Below are positions 50,975 to 59,717 of a DNA stretch of 64,000 bases, piece after piece. The position numbers and the translations under genes were made by a program. Position 1 is the stretch's first letter. Each line of letters starts with the position of its first letter. A model generated the notes under the pieces. That model was given only the letters and a program-made list of their open reading frames with translations. It ran no database searches and was not told the DNA's origin. Source of the stretch: an uncultured bacterium. GTDB lineage: Bacteria > Sysuimicrobiota > Sysuimicrobiia > Sysuimicrobiales > Sysuimicrobiaceae. The DNA lies in contig CALIMJ010000013.1 in assembly GCA_938028835.1 (NCBI GenBank), forward strand, positions 128,320-192,319, written 5' to 3'.

Positions 50975-51588
50975 TGGGTCCCGCGGACCTCCTGGGCGGG
51001 CCGGGTGGCCCGCTGGATCTGCTCGTCCGCGCGGTCCAGGAACTCCCGGCAGGCGGCCCGCACGGGCGGGGCGCCGTCGCACGCCACCTTGCGCACGAGC
51101 CAGCTCAGGTGATCGTACAGGTGCCACGCCTCGTCGTCCCGCAGCCGCGACTCGCGGGTCGCGAACTCCAGGAAGCCCTGGACCGCGGCCAACACCGCCC
51201 GGGCGTACTCCGCCGGGTCCAGCACGTACCGGCTGCCGTCCCGCGGGTCCTCCAGGTACACCCGTCCCTGCCGGTGCAGCACGGTCAGGTCGTGGTAGCC
51301 GCAGCAGTCCATCCCGCAATCCGCCAGGAATAGGGGCGAAGCGTAGGGGTCGCTGGGGTCGGTGACCGCGTGGTGGTCAGCCAGGAGGGTGAGCAGCAGG
51401 CCCTGCACGCCCTCGAACAGCGCGTAGGCGGAGTAGGAGGCGTCGTGCGACGGAATGCCCAGGGCGCGGGCGCTCTCGCCGAGCAGCAGGAGAGGACGGC
51501 CGTCCACCTCCAGGGAGAACAGGCACGGGACGGCCTCCACGTCCTCGCCCGTGTCGGTGATCTCCAGCCGCGCCCGGATCCGGTTCAT
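50971..51588 (-). CDS. Hypothetical protein (downstream of terC on the same strand)
   Basis: 205 aa; AAAGAGAGGG SD; no recognisable domain; contains a CGMDCCGYHD Cys/His cluster. Confidence 0.45.
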   Translation of the reverse strand: MNRIRARLEITDTGEDVEAVPCLFSLEVDGRPLLLLGESARALGIPSHDASYSAYALFEGVQGLLLTLLADHHAVTDPSDPYASPLFLADCGMDCCGYHDLTVLHRQGRVYLEDPRDGSRYVLDPAEYARAVLAAVQGFLEFATRESRLRDDEAWHLYDHLSWLVRKVACDGAPPVRAACREFLDRADEQIQRATRPAQEVRGTH

Positions 51589-51630
51589 CCCTCTCTTTAT
51601 CTTACGCCCGCTCCGGAGGGCCGAGGGTTG

Positions 51631-52584
51631 TCAGGAACCCGCGGAAGCCTCGGGAGCCTCCTGAGCGGCTTCCTTGGGCGCGGGGATCAGCACGGAGGCC
51701 AGCACGCTGACCGCGAGGATGGCCGCCACCACCCCCAGGGACACACCGATCGGTACCTTGTAGAAGTCGGCCACGAGCATCTTCAGGCCGATGAACACCA
51801 GCACGAGCGACAGGCCGTACTTCAGGTAGCGGAACATGTCCATGATCCCCGCCAGCACGAAGAACAGGGCCCGGAGCCCTAGGATGGCGAAGATGTTGGA
51901 GGTGTACGCGGTGAACATGTGGTGGGTGATGGCCAGCACCGCGGGGATGGAGTCCACGGCGAACATCAGGTCGGTACTTTCGACCACCACCAGCACCAGG
52001 AACAGCGGCGTCACCCACAGCCGGCCCTCCCGCCGGACGAAAAAGCGGCCTCCCACGTACGTCTCCGTCACGGGGAACCGCCGCCGCACGGCCCGGAGCA
52101 CCGGGTTCTGGGAGGGGTCCACGGTCTCTTCCCGGTGCCGGAACAGCTTCCAGCCCGTGTACACCAGCAGGGCGCCGAAGAAGTACAGGACCCAATGGAA
52201 GAGCTTGACCAGGGTGACGCCCACGAGGATGAGACTGGCCCGCATGACCACGGCGCCGAGGACCCCCCAGAGGAGGACGCGGGGCTGCAGGTGGTCCGGG
52301 ACGGCGAAGTAGGAGAAGATGACGAGGAAGACGAAGAGGTTGTCCACGCTTAGGGCTTTCTCCACGAGGTACGCGGTGAGCCACTCAAGCCCGACCTGGG
52401 GGCCCTCCAGGGCCCACACCCCCGCGTTGAACAAAAGCGCCGCAGCGATCCACACCACGCTCCAGAGGGTGGCTTCCCGCATGGACAGCCTGTGGGGTGT
52501 GCGCTGGAAAACCCCGAGGTCGATGGCCAGCATGGCGCCCACCACCACGTGGAAGACGATCCACAGCAGCACCTCGACGTTCAT
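51631..52584 (-). CDS. terC: TerC/Alx-family integral membrane protein
   Basis: KALSVDNLFVFLVIF and repeated TerC TM motifs; 317 aa. Confidence 0.9.
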   Translation of the reverse strand: MNVEVLLWIVFHVVVGAMLAIDLGVFQRTPHRLSMREATLWSVVWIAAALLFNAGVWALEGPQVGLEWLTAYLVEKALSVDNLFVFLVIFSYFAVPDHLQPRVLLWGVLGAVVMRASLILVGVTLVKLFHWVLYFFGALLVYTGWKLFRHREETVDPSQNPVLRAVRRRFPVTETYVGGRFFVRREGRLWVTPLFLVLVVVESTDLMFAVDSIPAVLAITHHMFTAYTSNIFAILGLRALFFVLAGIMDMFRYLKYGLSLVLVFIGLKMLVADFYKVPIGVSLGVVAAILAVSVLASVLIPAPKEAAQEAPEASAGS

Positions 52585-52605
52585 CCGTCTCCCCCGTGTC
52601 CCCTG

Positions 52606-52642
52606 TCAAAACGAAAAACCTCCGGTGCCCGCCGGAGGTCTC
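52606..52642 (-). terminator. Intrinsic terminator hairpin with U-tract in the terC leader (expression platform)
   Basis: The minus-strand RNA reads CCUCCGG-CGGGCA-CCGGAGG followed by UUUUUCGUUUU, about 25 nt before the terC ATG. Confidence 0.6.
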
Positions 52643-52644
52643 AC

Positions 52645-52780
52645 CGTGAGGCATCGCCACAGGCCCGACCGGGCGAACCGCCTGCTAGCGTCCGCCGGAC
52701 TGACGACCGGGCCGCGGCCGCGCGTCAACTGTTCACGGCCGCCAGTTACTCCCCTCAGCCCCGCCCCGTGCGGGGCCACC
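52645..52780 (-). promoter_or_regulatory. Candidate yybP-ykoY (Mn2+) riboswitch aptamer
   Basis: The leader contains GAGGGGAGUAAC, matching the conserved GGGGAGUA loop of the yybP-ykoY motif; it is followed by a terminator; it lies upstream of a TerC/Alx gene, the classic regulated target. Confidence 0.45.
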
Positions 52781-52839
52781 AACACCATACGGACGCCCCC
52801 ACCAGGGGTCAAGCCCGCGCAGGGCTGGGGAGGCGGGCG

Positions 52840-54219
52840 GTGAGAGCCCCCCGCGCGGTGGCGGCGGTCCTGCTGGCCGCGGGAGAGGGCAAGCGGATGC
52901 GCTCCCGCCTGCCTAAGGTCCTGCACCCAGTGGGCGGCCGGCCCATGGTGCTGCGGGTCCTCGACGCGCTGCGGCGGGTGGCGGCGGGGCCGGTGGTCGT
53001 GGTGGTGGGCCACGGGGCAGACGCGGTCTGTCGCGTGCTGCCCACAGACGTGCGGGTGGCGTGGCAGGAGGTACCCAGGGGTACCGGGGACGCGGTGCGC
53101 TGCGCGCTGCAGCACCTGGAGGGCCACCGGGGCCCCGTGCTGGTGGCCTACGGCGACACCCCGCTGGTGGGCGAGGAGACCTTCCTCCGCCTGGTGGAAG
53201 CGCACGTGGAGGGCGGGTTTGCGGCCACGCTGCTCACCGCGGTGGTGGACGCCCCGGACGGGCTGGGGAGGGTGGTGCGGGATGTGGACGGGTCGTTCCT
53301 GCGGGTGGTGGAGGAGGCGGACTGCACGCCCGAACAGCGCCAGCTCCGCGAGGTGAACATGGGGCTGTGCTGCTTCGAGGCGGAGGACCTGCAGGAAGCC
53401 CTGGCGCACCTGACGCCGCAGAACGCGCAGGGCGAGTACTACCTCACGGACGCTTTCGGGTGGCTAGCGGCCCGAGGGCGGAAGGTGGGGACGGTCCGGG
53501 CCAGGGAGGTGACAGAGGTCATGGGCGTGAACTCGCGGAGGGAACTGGCGGCCGCGGAGGAGGAGCTGCGCCGGAGGACCCTGCAACGGCTGATGGACTC
53601 CGGCGTCACCGTGCTGGACCCGCACACCACCTACGTGGCGCCCGACGTGCAGGTGGGCAGCGACACGGTCCTGCTGCCCTTCACGGTGCTGGAGGCGGGC
53701 ACGGTGGTGGGCTGCGGGTGCACGGTGGGCCCCGGGGCACACGTGCGTGGCTCCCGCATCGGGGACCGGGTCCGCATCCTGTGGTCGGTGGTGGAGGACA
53801 GCGAGGTGGCCGAGGAGTGCCGCATCGGCCCGTACGCACACCTGCGGCCCGGCACACGGCTGGCCCCCCGGGTGGTGGTGGGCAACTTCGCGGAGATCAA
53901 GAACTCCACCGTGGGCGAGGGCACCAAGGTCCAGCACGTGTCCTATCTCGGTGACGCCACCGTAGGCCGGGAGGTGAACATCGGTGCGGGGACCATCACG
54001 TGCAACTTCAAGTACGGGGTCCCCGGCAAGCACCCCACGGTGATCGAGGATGGAGCGTTCATCGGCAGCGACACTTTGCTGAACGCACCCGTGCGGGTGG
54101 GCGCGGGCGCGGTGACGGGGGCAGGCTCCGTGGTCACCAAAGACATCCCGCCGGGGATGGTGGCGGTGGGCGTGCCCGCGCGGGTGGTCCGGCGGGCGAA
54201 GCAGGAGGACAACCCGTGA
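52840..54219 (+). CDS. glmU: Bifunctional GlmU (UDP-GlcNAc pyrophosphorylase / GlcN-1-P acetyltransferase)
   Basis: LAAGEGKRMRSRLPKVLH nucleotidyltransferase motif; C-terminal left-handed beta-helix hexapeptide repeats; the start is GTG 52840 or 52858. Confidence 0.9.
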   Translation: MRAPRAVAAVLLAAGEGKRMRSRLPKVLHPVGGRPMVLRVLDALRRVAAGPVVVVVGHGADAVCRVLPTDVRVAWQEVPRGTGDAVRCALQHLEGHRGPVLVAYGDTPLVGEETFLRLVEAHVEGGFAATLLTAVVDAPDGLGRVVRDVDGSFLRVVEEADCTPEQRQLREVNMGLCCFEAEDLQEALAHLTPQNAQGEYYLTDAFGWLAARGRKVGTVRAREVTEVMGVNSRRELAAAEEELRRRTLQRLMDSGVTVLDPHTTYVAPDVQVGSDTVLLPFTVLEAGTVVGCGCTVGPGAHVRGSRIGDRVRILWSVVEDSEVAEECRIGPYAHLRPGTRLAPRVVVGNFAEIKNSTVGEGTKVQHVSYLGDATVGREVNIGAGTITCNFKYGVPGKHPTVIEDGAFIGSDTLLNAPVRVGAGAVTGAGSVVTKDIPPGMVAVGVPARVVRRAKQEDNP

Positions 54220-55178
54220 GGGACCTCGCCCTGATCAGCGGCACCGCCAACCCAACCCTGGCCCGCCGTGTGGCTACGTACCTGGACGTGCCGCTGCTCG
54301 AGGCGGTGGTGGCGCGCTACCCGGACGGGGAGATCGAGGTGCGGCTGGAGGAGAGCGTGCGCGGTCGGGACTGCTTCATCCTCCAGCCCACCTGCCCGCC
54401 GGTGCACGACCACCTGCTGGAGCTGCTGGTGCTGGCCGACGCCCTGCGCCGGGCCTCCGCAGCCCGGGTGACCGCGGTGGTGCCGTACTTCGGCTACGCC
54501 CGCCAGGATCGCAAGACGGGCGCCCGGGAACCGGTGACCGCCAAGCTGGTGGCCAACCTCATGGTGCGGGCCGGGGTCCAGCACCTCCTGGCCCTGGACC
54601 TGCACGCGGGCCAGATCTCCGGCTTCTTCGACATCCCCTTGGATCACCTGGGCGCGCGCATGCTGCTGGCGGACTACTTCCTGCACAAGGGGTTGCGGAA
54701 CGTGGTGGTGGTCTCCCCGGACGTGGGGGGCGTGCGGCGGGCCCGGGAGTTCGCACAGGTCCTGGGGGCGCCCTTAGCCATCATCGACAAGCGCAGGGAC
54801 CGGCCCAACCAGGTGGCGGAGGTGGTGCACGTGATCGGGAAGGTGTACCGTCGCACCGCCATCCTGGTGGACGACATCGTGGACACTGCCGGGACCCTGG
54901 TTCGGGCGGCGGAGACCCTGGCGCGGCGCGGGGTGACGGAGGTGTACGCGTGCTGCACCCACCCCGTCCTCTCCGGGCCCGCCGTCGAGCGCATCGCCTC
55001 CTCGCCCATCCGCGAGCTGGTGGTGACGGACTCCATCCCGCTGCCGCCCCACAAGCGGCCGGACCGCATCCGGGTGGTGTCGGTGGCTCGGTTGCTGGCG
55101 GACGCCATCACCCGCGTCCACGTGCGCAGCTCGGTGAGCGAGCTGGCGGAGGAGCGGCTGGCGGCGGAGCTGGTTTAG
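54216..55178 (+). CDS. prs: Ribose-phosphate pyrophosphokinase
   Basis: GTG after the SD GCAGGAGG; PRPP-binding motif (ILVDDIVDTAGT). Confidence 0.95.
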   Translation: MRDLALISGTANPTLARRVATYLDVPLLEAVVARYPDGEIEVRLEESVRGRDCFILQPTCPPVHDHLLELLVLADALRRASAARVTAVVPYFGYARQDRKTGAREPVTAKLVANLMVRAGVQHLLALDLHAGQISGFFDIPLDHLGARMLLADYFLHKGLRNVVVVSPDVGGVRRAREFAQVLGAPLAIIDKRRDRPNQVAEVVHVIGKVYRRTAILVDDIVDTAGTLVRAAETLARRGVTEVYACCTHPVLSGPAVERIASSPIRELVVTDSIPLPPHKRPDRIRVVSVARLLADAITRVHVRSSVSELAEERLAAELV

Positions 55179-55227
55179 AGCGGGCGGCCACGGGGACCGC
55201 CGCTGCCCTATACTGGGCCCGGAGCCC

Positions 55228-56322
55228 ATGGTCGTTCCGCCTTATGCGGTCGCGGCGTTGCTGGCGTGGTTCGTTACGTACTGGACCACGCCCACCGCCC
55301 GTTGGCTCGCCCGTCGGGTGGGTGCCGTGGACTACCCTGGTGGGCGGCGCATCAACCGTCGACCCCTGCCCCGCCTCGGCGGCGTGGCCATTGCCCTGGG
55401 GGTGCTCCTGGGTGCGGCGGTAACCCTGCCGATGCCGGGCCCGGTGGCCGTGGTGCGCGAACCCAGGCACCTGGTGCTGGCGATCCCGTACGGTGCCGTC
55501 CCCCGGGAGTTCTGGGGGATCCTGGTGGGTGCGATGGCCGTGGCCCTGGTGGGGCTGTACGACGACCTGCGGCAGGTCTCCGGGCGGGTGAAGTTCCCCC
55601 TCATCTATCTCTGCGCGGCGTTGCCGGTCCTGTTCGGGCTCACCACGCCCTTCGTCACCAACCCCGTGACCGGCCAGCTGGTGGCCCTGGGCCTGTGGGG
55701 GCAGGTGTTCACCGCGGTGTGGGTGGGGTCCGCGGCCATCGCCATGAACTCCATCGACGGCGTGGACGGGCTCGCCGCGGGGATCGCGGCCATCGTGGCG
55801 GGGACCTTCTTCGTGGCGGGGATGCTGCGGGGCGCGGGCCTGCCCACCCTCGTGCTGTGCGCGGCGGTGGCCGGCAGCGCGGTGGGCTTTCTGCGCTACA
55901 ACTTCAACCCGGCGCGGGTGATCATGGGCGACAGCGGTGCCCTGTTCCTCGGCTACCTGCTGGGGGCCCTGTCCGTGGCCGGGCTGTTCAAGACGCTGAC
56001 CGCGCTGTCGCTGGCGGTGCCGCTGCTGGCGATGGGGGTCCCCATCTTCGACACCGCCTTCGCGGTCTTCCGGCGGCTGCGCCGCCGGGTCTCGGTGTTC
56101 CAGCCGGACCGCGCTCACGTGCACCACCGGCTCTTGGACCGGGGGCTTTCGCAGCGGCAGGCGGTGTTGCTGCTGTACGGGACCACGGCGCTGCTCTCGA
56201 GCCTGAGTCTGGCCCTGTCGGGCTGGGTGGACCGCTGGATCCCGCTGTCCGTGGCCGCGTTGCTGGGTGGCGCTCTGTGGGTGGTGGCCCGCCGGCTCGG
56301 CCTGCTGGTGCGGACGCCGTGA
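55228..56322 (+). CDS. wecA: UDP-GlcNAc:undecaprenyl-phosphate GlcNAc-1-phosphate transferase (WecA/TagO, MraY-like)
   Basis: Polytopic membrane protein; DDxxD-like (YDDLRQ) and NxxNxxDGxDGL (AMNSIDGVDGLAAG) motifs. Confidence 0.85.
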   Translation: MVVPPYAVAALLAWFVTYWTTPTARWLARRVGAVDYPGGRRINRRPLPRLGGVAIALGVLLGAAVTLPMPGPVAVVREPRHLVLAIPYGAVPREFWGILVGAMAVALVGLYDDLRQVSGRVKFPLIYLCAALPVLFGLTTPFVTNPVTGQLVALGLWGQVFTAVWVGSAAIAMNSIDGVDGLAAGIAAIVAGTFFVAGMLRGAGLPTLVLCAAVAGSAVGFLRYNFNPARVIMGDSGALFLGYLLGALSVAGLFKTLTALSLAVPLLAMGVPIFDTAFAVFRRLRRRVSVFQPDRAHVHHRLLDRGLSQRQAVLLLYGTTALLSSLSLALSGWVDRWIPLSVAALLGGALWVVARRLGLLVRTP

Positions 56323-57497
56323 GGGGGCCGGTTCCCGTCCTTGCGGTGGTGGGCACTCGCCCGGACGCCGTGAAGATGGCGCCCGTGGTCAAGGCCCTGC
56401 AGCAGGACCCGGACTTCCGGCCCCTGTTGGTGGCTACCGCCCAGCACCGGGAGATGCTGGACCAGGTCCTGCGGTTGTTCGACCTGAAGCCGGACGTGGA
56501 CCTGGACGTGATGCGGCCGCGCCAGAGCCTGGCGGAGGTCACCACCCGGACCCTGGAAGGGCTGGACCGGGTGCTGGCGCGTACCCGTCCCGCCCTGGTG
56601 CTGGTGCAGGGCGACGCCGCGCCTTGCTTCTGTGGGGCCCTGGCTGCGTACTATCACCGGGTCCCCGTGGGTCACGTGGAGGCCGGGCTCCGCACCCGCG
56701 ACAAGTACCGGCCTTTTCCGGAGGAGCTGTACCGGCGGATGACCGCCGCGCTGGCGGACCTACACTTCGCGCCGACCCCGTGGGCCCGGGACAACCTCCT
56801 CCGGGAGGGGTGCGATCCGTCCTCCATCTACGTCACCGGGAACACTGTGATCGACGCCCTGCACGCCATCGGACCCCGCGTCCGCCCGGACGGGCTTCCG
56901 GAGCTGGATCCCCGCAGGCGGCTGTTACTGGTCACCGCGCACCGCCGGGAGAACTGGGGCGAGCCCCTGCGGAACGTGTGCGAGGCGATCCGGGATCTGG
57001 TGTTGCGCTTCCCCGACGTGGAGGTGGTGTTCCCCCTGCACCGCAACCCTGCAGTGCGGGAGGTGGTGATCCCCGCGCTGGAGGGGGCCCCGCGGGTGCA
57101 CCTGCTGGACCCGCCCGACTACGGCCCGTTCGTGTACCTGGAACGCAGGGCCTACCTCATCCTCACGGACTCTGGAGGGGTCCAGGAGGAAGCGCCCGGT
57201 CTGGGTACGCCGGTGCTGGTGCTGCGGGAGACCACCGAACGGCCGGAAGGGGTGGCCGCGGGGGTGGTCCGGCTGGTGGGCACGGACCGCAACCGGGTGG
57301 TGGCGGAGGTCGCCCGGCTCCTCGAGGACCCCGAGGCGTACCGATCCATGGCTGCGGCCACCAACCCGTACGGTGACGGCCGCGCCGCCTGGCGCATCGT
57401 GCAGATCCTGCGGGTGTACTTCGGACTGTCGGACGAGCTGCCGGAGCCGTTCCAGCCGGCGAACCCGCGAGCGTCGCTCCGCGTAGACAAAGAGTAG
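56319..57497 (+). CDS. wecB: UDP-N-acetylglucosamine 2-epimerase (non-hydrolysing)
   Basis: The GTG overlaps the wecA stop; VLAVVGTRPDAVKMAPVV N-terminus and DSGGVQEEAP are typical. Confidence 0.9.
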   Translation: MRGPVPVLAVVGTRPDAVKMAPVVKALQQDPDFRPLLVATAQHREMLDQVLRLFDLKPDVDLDVMRPRQSLAEVTTRTLEGLDRVLARTRPALVLVQGDAAPCFCGALAAYYHRVPVGHVEAGLRTRDKYRPFPEELYRRMTAALADLHFAPTPWARDNLLREGCDPSSIYVTGNTVIDALHAIGPRVRPDGLPELDPRRRLLLVTAHRRENWGEPLRNVCEAIRDLVLRFPDVEVVFPLHRNPAVREVVIPALEGAPRVHLLDPPDYGPFVYLERRAYLILTDSGGVQEEAPGLGTPVLVLRETTERPEGVAAGVVRLVGTDRNRVVAEVARLLEDPEAYRSMAAATNPYGDGRAAWRIVQILRVYFGLSDELPEPFQPANPRASLRVDKE

Positions 57498-57506
57498 GAG
57501 GGTGGG

Positions 57507-57782
57507 ATGCGAACGTTCGCGGTCCTGGTTGTGAGCTTGCTGCTCGTCGCCGCGGTCAGCGAGCCGGAGGCGGTACGGGCCACCGTGGGCGGCGTGGTGG
57601 TGGAGACGGTGCGCACGGGCGACGCGGTGGAGGAAGGGGCTCCCCTGGTGTGGGTGCGCACTGCCACCAAGCCCAAGGAAGTGGCCGCCCGGGCGCCCCG
57701 GAGCGGCACGGTGGTCGAGGTGCTGGTCCCAGTGGGAGCCAGGATCCGGGTCGGGGACCCCGTGGTGCGGCTGGGACCCTGA
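57507..57782 (+). CDS. Small exported protein with a biotinyl/lipoyl-domain-like fold (non-canonical TKPK in place of AMKM)
   Basis: Strong SD AGGAGGGTG; signal peptide (MRTFAVLVVSLLLVAAVS); the hybrid-motif pattern is EEGAPLVWVRTATKPKEV...GTVVEVLVPVGARIRVGDPVVRL. Confidence 0.5.
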   Translation: MRTFAVLVVSLLLVAAVSEPEAVRATVGGVVVETVRTGDAVEEGAPLVWVRTATKPKEVAARAPRSGTVVEVLVPVGARIRVGDPVVRLGP

Positions 57783-57880
57783 CCGGCCGGGCCATCCGCC
57801 GGACTCCCCACGCCTACACCCTGCGAGCGAGTACCGGCTTTGGGGCTCTCTGATAGGATGGGTCGTAGACTCGTACCGAG

Positions 57881-59665
57881 GTGCGCCGCATGCGAAGGTG
57901 GGTCGTCGGGGCCGTGGTAGTGGTTCTAGCGGCCGCCACCCTCCCCGGGCTGCAGTCGTGGGCTCAGGAAGAGGCGGAGGTGTTCCCCCTAAGCCGCATC
58001 CGGCCCGGGATGCGCGGCGTGGGCCGGACCGTGGTGCAAGGGACCCGGGTGGAGGAGTTCCAGTTCGAAGTGCTGGGGTTGACGGAGGGCCCGCCAGGGC
58101 GTCTGGTGCTGTTCCGCGCCTCAGGCCCCGCCATCCGGCGCAGCGGCGGCACCGCCTCGGGCATGAGCGGAAGCCCCATGTACATCGACGGCCGCTTCGC
58201 GGGGGCGCTGTCCTACGGCTACCGTTCCGCGGGTCCGGACAGCGACCTGGGGCTGTTCACGCCCGCAGAGGCCATGCTGGCCCTATTGCGGGAGGACCGG
58301 GCGCAGCGACCCGCCGGCGGAGTGTGGGCGTTGCCGCACCCGCTGTGGGTTGAGGGCCGGTGGATCCGGGCGGTGGAGATCTCCGACCGAGCAGCACGAC
58401 CCGAGCCGCAGACGGGGCCGGTGGCCACCTTCGTCCCCGCCGCAAGCCCCCTGCTGGTCTCCGGGATCAGCGACCGGGCTTTCCGCATCCTGCAGCGCAC
58501 GCTCCGTTACGCGGACGTGGTACCGGTGCAGAGTTATGGAGGCGTGGGGCGCTTCCCCACACCGCCCCTGGTCCCCGGGAGCGCGGTGGGGGTGGTGCTG
58601 GTCCGGGGGGACGTGAACGCGTGGAGTATCGGCACCCTGTCGTACCGCAAGGGCAACCGGTTCCTGGCGTTCGGCCACCGACTGTTCGGGTTCGGCGCGG
58701 TGGACTTCTTGCTCACCAGCGCGTACGTGCACACGGTGGTGCGCAGTACCGAGTTCCCCTTCAAGGAGGGGGAGGTGGGCGAGCCGGTGGGGACCGTGAG
58801 CCAGGACCGCGTCGCGGGGATCGCGGGGACCCTGGACCGGCTCCCGCGGGTGTTCAACGTCACGGTGACCGTCACCGACCGGGACCGCGGGCGGACGGTA
58901 CGCCGCGGCGCGCAGATGGTGCGCAGGGCCGACCTCGCCCAGATCCTGATCCCGCAGGTGGCGCTGGCCGCGGTGGAGCAGGCGTGGGACGGGTCCGGGG
59001 CGGGGACCGCGGAGGTCCGCATCACCGCCCGAGGGGGAGGGCTGCCGAGGCCCGTGGAGCGCACCAACGTCTTCTACAGTGCGCAGGACGTGGCGACGGC
59101 GGCGGTGCTGGACGTCCCCGACGCCGTGCGCTTCCTGTTCGGCAACGAGTTTGGGCCCGTGAACCCCGTGGACCTGCAGGTGGACGTCCGGTTGAGCCGG
59201 GAGCGGCGCACCGTCTCCCTGGTGGAGGCGGAGGTGGCCAGCCGGACCGTCACCCAGGGCGGCCGGCTCCGTGTGCGCCTCCAGCTGCGCCCCTTCCAGG
59301 GGGGCGAGCCGATATCGCGGGTGGTGGAGATCGAGGTCCCGAGGAACTTCCCACGAGGGCCTGCCCTGCTGGTGGTGGGCAGCGCGGGGATCCAGCGGGA
59401 CAACGTCCCCCCGGCGGCCCTGCTGGCCGACAAGCTCGCGGGTGAACCTCCCGCCTCTACCTTCCGGGACCTGCGGGAGGCCCTGGAGTTCTTCGAGGAC
59501 TTCGGCCGCAACACCGACGTGCTGCTGCAGCTGGTGCCCGTGGGCGTCCCACCCAGCGACGACCCGCAGAAGCGGTTCATCTACTTTGACGAGTTCGCCG
59601 GACGGCTGGTGCGGACGCAGTGGGTGGTCAAGGGCGAGAAGGTCGTCCCCATCGTAGTGGAGTAG
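57881..59665 (+). CDS. Peptidase S55 (SpoIVB-like) with a C-terminal extension
   Basis: N-terminal signal/TM; catalytic Ser context (GTASGMSGSPMYIDGRFAGALSYGY) matches the SpoIVB GMSGSP; 594 aa versus ~425 aa for SpoIVB. Confidence 0.65.
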   Translation: MRRMRRWVVGAVVVVLAAATLPGLQSWAQEEAEVFPLSRIRPGMRGVGRTVVQGTRVEEFQFEVLGLTEGPPGRLVLFRASGPAIRRSGGTASGMSGSPMYIDGRFAGALSYGYRSAGPDSDLGLFTPAEAMLALLREDRAQRPAGGVWALPHPLWVEGRWIRAVEISDRAARPEPQTGPVATFVPAASPLLVSGISDRAFRILQRTLRYADVVPVQSYGGVGRFPTPPLVPGSAVGVVLVRGDVNAWSIGTLSYRKGNRFLAFGHRLFGFGAVDFLLTSAYVHTVVRSTEFPFKEGEVGEPVGTVSQDRVAGIAGTLDRLPRVFNVTVTVTDRDRGRTVRRGAQMVRRADLAQILIPQVALAAVEQAWDGSGAGTAEVRITARGGGLPRPVERTNVFYSAQDVATAAVLDVPDAVRFLFGNEFGPVNPVDLQVDVRLSRERRTVSLVEAEVASRTVTQGGRLRVRLQLRPFQGGEPISRVVEIEVPRNFPRGPALLVVGSAGIQRDNVPPAALLADKLAGEPPASTFRDLREALEFFEDFGRNTDVLLQLVPVGVPPSDDPQKRFIYFDEFAGRLVRTQWVVKGEKVVPIVVE

Positions 59666-59717
59666 TCCCGCGGGCCGGCTCCGAGGCTTTCCGGCGCGCG
59701 GGGGAAGGTGGCCTCCC

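Noticed and set aside
57507-57782. Annotating the 91-aa protein as a biotin carboxyl carrier protein (AccB)
   Set aside because: It has a signal peptide, lacks the AMKM biotinylation motif and is far shorter than AccB. Only the barrel-fold pattern is shared.
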